DNA from: Lingula anatina
Lineage: Eukaryota; Animalia; Brachiopoda
Direction of reading: 5' to 3'
DNA: 64,000 nt
Assembly: GCA_051362555.1 (NCBI GenBank)
Contig: CM120644.1
Coordinates: forward strand, 5,092,954-5,156,953
The translations under genes and the position numbers were made by a program. Below are positions 53,486 to 64,000 of the stretch, one piece after another. A model generated the notes under the pieces. It made no database searches, was not told the DNA's origin, and worked only from the letters and a program-made list of their open reading frames with translations. The number at the start of each line of letters is the position of its first letter. Position 1 is the stretch's first letter.

Positions 53486-54586
53486 CTAATGATTTTCAGA
53501 TCCATAGAAAAAGATTGACTGGTTGCCTCTCTGGTCGAAAAAATTATGATAACAACCAAATAAGAACTCTTCCAAGCTAATGGTGCCATCTTTATCCCGG
53601 TCAGTGTCGTTCATAGGTACTTCAGCTGGCAAGGTGTTACGGAATATTGTTAACAAGTTGAAATACTCATCAGCGGACATTTCATTGTCACAGTTAGCAT
53701 CAAGGGTGTTGAACCATTCGGTCCAGTAATCAAACATTATGGCTTTCAGCGTTTTATTATGAAGGTCAATTTGGAATGCCTGAAACCACATTGTTATATT
53801 AATTCCATCTTCCAGATTTAAGTTTGTACCAAGAATAACAGACTCCCAATCCAAGTTCATTAATCCAAATATGGCCTTAGCCCTCCACGAGGGAAGCACT
53901 CGAGCCCCCCTTTCCGCTATCAAATCAACGAATTCCTTTTTATTAACCATCCCATCCATGTTGACGTCCAGCATTGTGAACCAAGCTTTCACTTTCATTT
54001 TCCACATTGCGGACGGTTCTTCCTGGAATAGCTTTGTACTTTAATAATTTGTCAGGGTCAAAAATATAACAGTAATGGTAAAATATTTTAAAATACAGAC
54101 TCAGTTACTCCTCTACACAGTGCGACTTACTGTCTTCTAATTCATCAAACATGTATTTTATGTGTTAGGGGAGTTTTTCCAATTGTGTTGGATTTTTATG
54201 GATTATGCGGATTCTAGTCACCAATATATACATGCATATAAGTTTTGTTGGAAGGGAAGGACACAAAAGATTCATCATTACGACAATTAAGTTATCACAG
54301 ATATTTAAATGTGTATTCCCTAATGCTGATTCTTACCCACAAGAACAAGAATAATAAATTAGAATATGAAGAGTAGACATATAGGAGGGCAATTCACAGT
54401 TGACAATGTTTGGAATTTTTATTAACTGTGTAGTCCTGCATGAGTCAATGTTTCTCTTTCGTTTTGTTCGAAAAAAAAAAAGAATATAAGAAAGTCGTAA
54501 CTAACCTCTCGACCAACAGACCTGATACTACTAGTGTGACTGGAGGCAAAAAGAACAAAGATTAACAGGGGAATGAGAAGATCCAT
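53486..54586 (-). CDS. Secreted SCP-like EF-hand protein, copy B1 (chimeric: A-type signal exon + B-type body), ~205 aa
   Basis: Exons 54586-54506 and 54022-53486 (acceptor TATTCCAG, phase 0). EF loops DVNMDGMVNKKE, DANCDNEMSADE and DRDKDGTISLEE. Confidence 0.87.
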
Positions 54587-56775
54587 GATAACACTTCTAA
54601 TCTGAAATAAATATCATAGTTAAGATACCTAGGCATATATGTTTCAAATTAAATGATACATTTTGGGGAAATTATGTGCACCTGTATGTCTTAAGTTAAT
54701 AAATGATTCAATCTGGAGAATCATGATATCTATTATGAAAGGAACAAATATCGAATTACCCCACAATAATTGTTAAGCGACATACTGTTTTGTTATACTT
54801 TTTTGTACCTGCTTATTTTTAATAAGCATACATGTAGATAGTTAAAGTAATCACGGCAGCCTTTTATATACATGTGTATTATGCAAAATCGGTGATTTCC
54901 TAAAATAACACAATACTCACTTTGTCTCAGCCATTCCAGCCTTCACGCAGATCGAGGAACTAACTCTTAATAAAGAGAATTAGATGACACCAGATCACGT
55001 GGTCTTAGAACCAAATCCTGGAAAGATGCAAGCAAATGTATCTGTTCTTACGGTTTTAAATTCAGTATTCTAGAGTGAAAATTGAGATTAAGATCGATTT
55101 CTAAGGTGTTTTAGTTTTTACTGATAGGGCTTTTCCATCTAATGTATATTTGTGTCTTTGACATTCTTTGATGTAGTTTAATATACAGTATTACAGTAAA
55201 TATACAGAATAATGATCGCAGTTAACATAATTAAATATAAATAAAAAAACGACAATAACTCAATGTTTGTTTCACAATTAGAAACGAATAATTTCATCTT
55301 TAGAAACACGAAACATGGAAAAATATTTATTTACATATGAGAACTTTTATTTCAGATAAGCTACACTGCTGAAATAATAATCCGATGCAATCCGATGAAA
55401 AGGTCACGTTTTACCTTTGTTCTTTTTATCGTGTAAGCTGATGTAGAACATGGGACCCTTTTCATAAATGTCCTTATATGTGAACAATGAGAACATTGAT
55501 GAAAGACACTAACATGATGAATCTACCAATACTGTGGAAAAATATTCATTTGCAGGGATATTCACTTCTGCTACCTGCCAAAAAGTCACCAATTTTAGAT
55601 CACAATTACCTATACAGGGGAATATCCAGGATTATTTGAAGGGGGTCCGCGGATGCGAAGAAGACCCCCCCTCCTTTGGCGTGGGGTACGGGGCTCGCTG
55701 AATGGCCCGAAAAATTTTGTTAATTTAAAGGGTGAAAGGTGCCATTTGGTACGGTTTAAAACTATGATCCAGCTGGTCAAAATTCTTATATCAAGAAATC
55801 GAAGGGGGGGGGGGGGGGGGGGGTAAGGACTCCCCTGATCCCCCTCTATATCCGCCACTGCTATGTAACACGAGCAAGAATGTTTTTCTTCTTTTTTTTT
55901 CATTTTTGATATGATTTTAAGTTTTTCAGGCAGGATCCCCTCCATTGAGTTTCCTGAAGCAGAAACTAATATTGTGCAATTTTGTGTACCTGAATATACC
56001 TTGTACAAGTAATGCATAGAATCTGTCTGCCGAAAGTAATTCGTATCAGTGAACTGACTCTGTGTTTTCGGGATTTTTACCTAATGTTTTGTGCTATATA
56101 ACGAGACACAACTTGGTGTCTTATAGCATCTAAGCATCTTTTGGGTACTGAATTTTATTCAAGTTCAAAAGAAATATTTGGTTACATGTACACACAAGTG
56201 ACAAAAATAATGGGTTTATATTTCATATTCTGTTTACCGTGTAATCTGTTATAGAACATGAGGGCTTTTCAAATGTCCTTGTATGTGAACAACGAGGACA
56301 CTGATTAAAACACGACGCAATCTGTATCTACATATGGTGTGGGAACACAAGCTGGACGAAATTCAAAATAAAAACAATAATATTGCAGAAATATATTTTT
56401 GTTACCTGATCACAATTACATAATTTACTGAAGCAAGAATGGACATTTTTCCAGTTCTGATATAATTTCAATTTCGCCAGGCGCCTTCAACAATCACCCC
56501 TTCAATCTGCAGCAGACACCAAAGTTGTGCAATTTTATGTACATAGATCAATAGTATGTAGAAAGTGTCTTGCGATAGCAAATAATATCAATAAAGTGTC
56601 CAGTTACTAAACTGACAATGTTCTCATGATTTCACCATATGTTTTGTGCTTTATAACAAGAAACGGTGGAGCCTAAAAGCATTTTGGTATCATTTTTTAT
56701 TCAAGTCAAAGAAGATAATCTGATTACATGAACACACAAAGTAAGAATAATAAACACGTCCATATCTCTTAACGT

Positions 56776-57876
56776 CTAATGATTTTCAGATCCATAGAAA
56801 AAGATTGACTGGTTGCCTCTCTGGTCGAAAAAATTATGATAACAACCAAATAAGAACTCTTCCAAGCTAATGGTGCCATCTTTATCCCGGTCAGTGTCGT
56901 TCATAGGTACTTCAGCTGGCAAGGTGTTACGGAATATTGTTAACAAGTTGAAATACTCATCAGCGGACATTTCATTGTCACAGTTAGCATCAAGGGTGTT
57001 GAACCATTCGGTCCAGTAATCAAACATTATGGCTTTCAGCGTTTTATTATGAAGGTCAATTTGGAATGCCTGAAACCACATTGTTATATTAATTCCATCT
57101 TCCAGATTTAAGTTTGTACCAAGAATAACAGACTCCCAATCCAAGTTCATTAATCCAAATATGGCCTTAGCCCTCCACGAGGGAAGCACTCGAGCCCCCC
57201 TTTCCGCTATCAAATCAACGAATTCCTTTTTATTAACCATCCCATCCATGTTGACGTCCAGCATTGTGAACCAAGCTTTCACTTTCATTTTCCACATTGC
57301 GGACGGTTCTTCCTGGAATAGCTTTGTACTTTAATAATTTGTCAGGGTCAAAAATATAACAGTAATGGTAAAATATTTTAAAATACAGACTCAGTTACTC
57401 CTCTACACAGTGCGACTTACTGTCTTCTAATTCATCAAACATGTATTTTATGTGTTAGGGGAGTTTTTCCAATTGTGTTGGATTTTTATGGATTATGCGG
57501 ATTCTAGTCACCAATATATACATGCATATAAGTTTTGTTGGAAGGGAAGGACACAAAAGATTCATCATTACGACAATTAAGTTATCACAGATATTTAAAT
57601 GTGTATTCCCTAATGCTGATTCTTACCCACAAGAACAAGAATAATAAATTAGAATATGAAGAGTAGACATATAGGAGGGCAATTCACAGTTGACAATGTT
57701 TGGAATTTTTATTAACTGTGTAGTCCTGCATGAGTCAATGTTTCTCTTTCGTTTTGTTCGAAAAAAAAAAAGAATATAAGAAAGTCGTAACTAACCTCTC
57801 GACCAACAGACCTGATACTACTAGTGTGACTGGAGGCAAAAAGAACAAAGATTAACAGGGGAATGAGAAGATCCAT
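56776..57876 (-). CDS. Secreted SCP-like EF-hand protein, copy B2 (same protein as B1)
   Basis: Exons 57876-57796 and 57312-56776. Confidence 0.85.
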
Positions 57877-60065
57877 GATAACACTTCTAATCTGAAATAA
57901 ATATCATAGTTAAGATACCTAGGCATATATGTTTCAAATTAAATGATACATTTTGGGGAAATTATGTGCACCTGTATGTCTTAAGTTAATAAATGATTCA
58001 ATCTGGAGAATCATGATATCTATTATGAAAGGAACAAATATCGAATTACCCCACAATAATTGTTAAGCGACATACTGTTTTGTTATACTTTTTTGTACCT
58101 GCTTATTTTTAATAAGCATACATGTAGATAGTTAAAGTAATCACGGCAGCCTTTTATATACATGTGTATTATGCAAAATCGGTGATTTCCTAAAATAACA
58201 CAATACTCACTTTGTCTCAGCCATTCCAGCCTTCACGCAGATCGAGGAACTAACTCTTAATAAAGAGAATTAGATGACACCAGATCACGTGGTCTTAGAA
58301 CCAAATCCTGGAAAGATGCAAGCAAATGTATCTGTTCTTACGGTTTTAAATTCAGTATTCTAGAGTGAAAATTGAGATTAAGATCGATTTCTAAGGTGTT
58401 TTAGTTTTTACTGATAGGGCTTTTCCATCTAATGTATATTTGTGTCTTTGACATTCTTTGATGTAGTTTAATATACAGTATTACAGTAAATATACAGAAT
58501 AATGATCGCAGTTAACATAATTAAATATAAATAAAAAAACGACAATAACTCAATGTTTGTTTCACAATTAGAAACGAATAATTTCATCTTTAGAAACACG
58601 AAACATGGAAAAATATTTATTTACATATGAGAACTTTTATTTCAGATAAGCTACACTGCTGAAATAATAATCCGATGCAATCCGATGAAAAGGTCACGTT
58701 TTACCTTTGTTCTTTTTATCGTGTAAGCTGATGTAGAACATGGGACCCTTTTCATAAATGTCCTTATATGTGAACAATGAGAACATTGATGAAAGACACT
58801 AACATGATGAATCTACCAATACTGTGGAAAAATATTCATTTGCAGGGATATTCACTTCTGCTACCTGCCAAAAAGTCACCAATTTTAGATCACAATTACC
58901 TATACAGGGGAATATCCAGGATTATTTGAAGGGGGTCCGCGGATGCGAAGAAGACCCCCCCTCCTTTGGCGTGGGGTACGGGGCTCGCTGAATGGCCCGA
59001 AAAATTTTGTTAATTTAAAGGGTGAAAGGTGCCATTTGGTACGGTTTAAAACTATGATCCAGCTGGTCAAAATTCTTATATCAAGAAATCGAAGGGGGGG
59101 GGGGGGGGGGTAAGGACTCCCCTGATCCCCCTCTATATCCGCCACTGCTATGTAACACGAGCAAGAATGTTTTTCTTCTTTTTTTTTCATTTTTGATATG
59201 ATTTTAAGTTTTTCAGGCAGGATCCCCTCCATTGAGTTTCCTGAAGCAGAAACTAATATTGTGCAATTTTGTGTACCTGAATATACCTTGTACAAGTAAT
59301 GCATAGAATCTGTCTGCCGAAAGTAATTCGTATCAGTGAACTGACTCTGTGTTTTCGGGATTTTTACCTAATGTTTTGTGCTATATAACGAGACACAACT
59401 TGGTGTCTTATAGCATCTAAGCATCTTTTGGGTACTGAATTTTATTCAAGTTCAAAAGAAATATTTGGTTACATGTACACACAAGTGACAAAAATAATGG
59501 GTTTAAATTTCATATTCTGTTTACCGTGTACTCTGTTATAGAACATGAGGGCTTTTCAAATGTCCTTGTATGTGAACAACGAGGACACTGATTAAAACAC
59601 GACGCAATCTGTATCTACATATGGTGTGGGAACACAAGCTGGACGAAATTCAAAATAAAAACAATAATATTGCAGAAATATATTTTTGTTACCTGATCAC
59701 AATTACATAATTTACTGAAGCAAGAATGGACATTTTTCCAGTTCTGATATAATTTCAATTTCGCCAGGCACCTTCAACAATCACCCCTTCAACATGTTGC
59801 AGCAGACACCAAAGTTGTGCAATTTTATGTACATAGATCAATAGTATGTAGAAAGTGTCTTGCGATAGCAAATAATATCAATAAAGTGTCCAGTTACTAA
59901 ACTGACAATGTTCTCATGATTTCACCATATGTTTTGTGCTTTATAACAAAAAACGGTGGAGCCTAAAAGCATTTTGGTATCATTTTTCATTCAAGTCAAA
60001 GAAGATAATCTGATTACATGAACACACAAAGTAAGAATAATAAACACGTCCATATCTCTTAACGT

Positions 60066-60947
60066 CTAATGATTTTCAGATCCATAGAAAAAGATTGACT
60101 GGTTGCCTCTCTGGTCGAAAAAATTATGATAACAACCAAATAAGAACTCTTCCAAGCTAATGGTGCCATCTTTATCCCGGTCAGTGTCGTTCATAGGTAC
60201 TTCAGCTGGCAAGGTGTTACGGAATATTGTTAACAAGTTGAAATACTCATCAGCGGACATTTCATTGTCACAGTTAGCATCAAGGGTGTTGAACCATTCG
60301 GTCCAGTAATCAAACATTATGCCTTTCAGCGTTTTATTATGAAGGTCAATTTGGAATGCCTGAAACCACATTGTTATATTAATTCCATCCTCCAGATTTA
60401 AGTTTGTACCAAGAATAACAGACTCCCAATCCAAGTTCATTAATCCAAATATGGCCTTAGTCCTCCACGAGGGAAGCACTCGAGCCCCCCTTTCCGCTAT
60501 CAAATCAACGAATTCCTTTTTATTAACCATCCCATCCATGTTGACGTCCAGCATTGTGAACCAAGCTTTCACTTTCATTTTCCACATTGCGGACGGTTCT
60601 TCCTGGAATAGCTTTGTACTTTAATAATTTGTCAGGGTCAAAAATATAACAGTAATGGTAAAATATTTTAAAATACAGACTCAGTTACTCCTCTACACAG
60701 TGCGACTTACTGTCTTCTAATTCATCAAACATGTATTTTATGTGTTAGGGGAGTTTTTCCAATTGTGTTGGATTTTTAAGGATTATGCGGATTCTAGTCA
60801 CCAATATATACATGCATATAAGTTTTGTTGGAAGGGAAGGACACAAAAGAAAGTCGTAACTATAACCTCTTCACCGTAAGAACTGACAACAGCGGCTTCA
60901 CAGGAGGCAAAGAGAACAATGGGTAACAGAAAGTTGAGCAGATACAT
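60066..60947 (-). CDS. Secreted SCP-like EF-hand protein, copy B3 (own signal exon), ~205 aa
   Basis: Exons 60947-60867 (MYLLNFLLPIVLFASCEAAVVSSYGEE; weak donor GTTATA, in-frame alternative 6 nt further) and 60602-60066. Two amino-acid differences from the B1/B2 body. Confidence 0.87.
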
Positions 60948-63648
60948 GATAACACTTCGTGTCTGAAATAAATATCATAGATAAGATACTTATGAATATA
61001 TGTTTCAAGCTAATACATGCTTCATTTTAGAGAATCTTGATATCTATACATAAAGGAACAAATACCAAATTACCCCAAAAATGTGAGTTAATCGACAAAC
61101 TGTTTCATTAAAAAATTTTACTCTTTTACCTTTTTTCATGAGCCTAGCTATATAGAAAACTTAAGTCATCATCACAGTCTTTTCTGTGTATTATACGAAA
61201 ACAGTCGTTTTTTTAAATAAAGCAATACTCACTCTGTCTCAGCTCAAAAGGCCAAATTATTAAATGTAATTCTGTCTCAGCTGTTCCTGCCTTCACACAG
61301 ATGGTGATCAATGTTTAAATTAGGAAAATTAGGGGACATCAGATCACGTGGCCTTGTACGCAAATACGGGTATTATGCAAGCAAAGATGTCTCGTTTTAC
61401 GATTTCATATTCAGTTTTCGTGTTGTGTGTTCCAGATCATGGGAGCTTTTCATAAAATTCGTTGTACATGATCAATGAGGACACTGATCAAAATACCCCA
61501 GGATTAATATGTCAACGATAGTGGAAAAATTATATATTTACAGAGGTATTTACATAGGTTTATATTTCTACGTGTCAAAAAAAAGCACATTTTTGATTAA
61601 AATTAAATAATTAGCGAGATTTCTGATATAAACTTCAAGAAAAATACCCCTCCTGTGGGTACCTGAAGCAGACTCCAACACTGGGATTTTTTTCATTTTA
61701 TTTATTTTTAATTGGTAGGGATTTTCCACCAAAGGTATGATTTTCGATTTTAATTTCTGTATGTAGCTTGTTTATAAGCGTTTGGTATTCTTCTCGTGTC
61801 GTGATCCTAATTACCAATATTACAGTAAGCATACAGAGTAATGATTGAAGTATAAGCGTACATAATAAAATGTAAATAAAAATGACAGTGAATGTTTGTT
61901 TCACAATCAGATACGACTAACACAAAACTTTTTTCATAGCTATGTATATTGTGACAATTTAAAAAAAAAGACTAATTTTTCATATTTCGAAACATGACAT
62001 ATGGAAAATTTTGATATAAAGATGATAGCAACTTTCATTTCAGATAAGTAACATTGCTGAAATAATTGAAAAATATCTATTTCAGCCCGCTGTTTGGGAC
62101 ATGTCCTACTTTTGTTCTGTTTACCGTGTAATCTGATGTAGAACATGGGTCCCTTTTCATAAATTTCCTTGTATGTGAACAATGAGAACATTACTCAAAA
62201 ACACTAACGCAGTGGGTCTACCAATGATGTGGGAACACTGCAGGGATATTCTCTTCTGCTACCTCACCTGCTAAGTCACCAATGGTGGATCTCAATTACC
62301 TATATAACACGAGCAAGAATGGTTTTCTTCTTTTCTCATTTCTGATATAATTTCAGGTTCTTCAGGCCGGACGCCCCTTCACCGATTTCCCTGAAGCAGA
62401 CACAAACATTGCAATAATGCGTAGAATCTGTCTGGCGAAAGTAAGTCATATCAGTAAACTGACTGTGTTTTCGTGATTTCACGTTGTTTTATGCTGTATA
62501 ACGAGACATTGTGGATTCTTACAGCATCTTTTGGCTACTGTATTTTATTCAAGGACACAAACATTTTTGGTTCCGCATAAGTGACATAAATAATATGCTT
62601 ATTTCGTATATTCAGGAAAATGCCAAATTCATTTTAAAAGTCACGTCTAACCCGTATTCTGTTTACCGTGTAATGTGGTGTATAACATGAGGGCATTTTA
62701 TAAATTTCCTTGTATGTGAACAATGAGGGCACTAATTAAAAACACGACGCAATATATCAACATATGTTGTAAGAACGCAAGCTGGAGGAAATTCAAAATA
62801 AAAACAATAATATTGCAGGAATATATTTCTGTTACCTGATCACAATCACATAATTAACTCAAGCAAAAATGGATTTTTTTTTCATTTCTGGTATAATTTC
62901 AGTTTCGTCAGACGTTTCCTGCCGCAGACCCCTAAGTTCACTTTATATACCTGAATATGTAGAATGTGTTTGGCGATAGGAAATCACATCAGTAAAGTAT
63001 CCACGCAGGAAACTAACAATATTTCCATGATTTCACGTTATTTTTGTGCTATATAAAAAGAAACAGTGGAGCCTTAATGCATCTTTTTGGTATGTATGTA
63101 ACCTTATAGAGAACATAAGGGCTTTTCATTAAATTCCTTGAATGTAAACAATAAAGAGACTGGTTGAACCGGTGTATCTACCAATGATGCAAAATCAAAA
63201 GATAAAGGAAATACAAATGAATCACTAATATGTAGGAATGGAATATACATTTCTGCTACCTGCCAGTTTAAAAATTACAATAATATGTACATTATCAACA
63301 CAAGCAAGAATGTATTTTTTATTTTATTTCTGATAAATTTTCAATTTCTTCAGGCATTCTTCATTTCCGTGAGGTACCTGAAGCAGAAAGCAACGCCGTA
63401 CACTTTTATGTACATGTATATATTAATAATATGTAGAATGTCTGGCAATAGTATATAATATCAGTGTCCAGTTAGTAAACTGACAATGTTCTCATGATGC
63501 CACGTTATGTTTTGTGCTTTATAACAAGAAACAGGGGAGCCTTAAAGCATTCTGGTATCATAATTGATTCAAGTTAAAGAAGAAAATCTAATTATACGAA
63601 CACACGAAGTAGAAGATTAATAAACCCTTGCATGTCTCTTAACGTCTA

Positions 63649-64000
63649 TTAATCTGCAGATCCATACAAAAAGATTGACTTGTTGCCATGCTGATCAAAA
63701 TAATAATTAGTACAACCAAATAAGAACTCTTCCGAGCTAATGATGCCATCTTTATCTCGGTCAGTGTCGTTCATGGGTACTTCCGGCGGCAAGGTGTTCC
63801 GATGGGTTGTTAAAAAGTTGAAATACTCATCAGCGGACATTTCATTGTCGCAGTTAGCATCAAAGACGTTGAACCAGTCAGTACAGATACCAAACAGTTT
63901 GGCATGCAGCGTTTTATTGTGCAGGTCTGTTTGGAATATCTGAAGCCACACTCTAAGGTCCATTCCATGCGCCACGTTTAATTTGGTAGCAAGAAACCAA
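63649..64000 (-). CDS. SCP-like EF-hand protein, copy C (5' part outside the window)
   Basis: C-terminal half homologous to A/B: DANCDNEMSADE, DRDKDGIISSEE, ending FLYGSAD*. Confidence 0.87.
   Translation of the reverse strand, partial: WFLATKLNVAHGMDLRVWLQIFQTDLHNKTLHAKLFGICTDWFNVFDANCDNEMSADEYFNFLTTHRNTLPPEVPMNDTDRDKDGIISSEEFLFGCTNYYFDQHGNKSIFLYGSAD

Larger units (their letters stand above)
50994..60850. repeat. Tandem triplication of a ~3.29-kb unit (50994-54270, 54271-57560, 57561-60850)
   Basis: The three B-type ORFs are spaced exactly 3290 bp apart and the units are near-identical; junction ACACAAAAGA|TTCATCATTACGAC. Confidence 0.95.

Noticed and set aside
53486-54022. Aequorin/obelin-type photoprotein
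   Set aside because: Same fold, but by manual alignment the C-terminal coelenterazine-binding His and Trp positions are Cys and Phe; overall pattern is closer to Nereis-type SCP.
55610-56017. 135-aa ORF and its copies (58900..59304, 52320..52613)
   Set aside because: Spans a MITE with a variable G-run; frame not conserved among copies.

Overview
AT-rich animal (invertebrate-like) genomic DNA with spliceosomal introns. The window holds two complete tandem + strand paralogs of a secreted CEMIP/TMEM2-family protein (23 coding exons each, about 1085 and 1077 aa by my manual exon assembly). It also holds a minus-strand cluster of five SCP-type EF-hand genes; the four complete copies carry a signal-peptide exon, and two of them are chimeras created by a recent ~3.29-kb tandem triplication. 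Mobile DNA includes a 5'-truncated non-LTR retrotransposon, a Ty3/Gypsy element with non-canonical LTR ends, a Tc1 element inserted in a large Helentron-like repeat element, and several MITEs. The most notable finding is a 4-exon gene nested antisense in intron 14 of the first CEMIP paralog. It encodes signal peptide + PAN/apple domain + a bacterial/phage-type peptidase M15 (LAS-family Zn peptidoglycan hydrolase) domain, whose motif only appears after splicing. All exon models are manual GT-AG/phase reconstructions and have not been verified against transcripts or databases.
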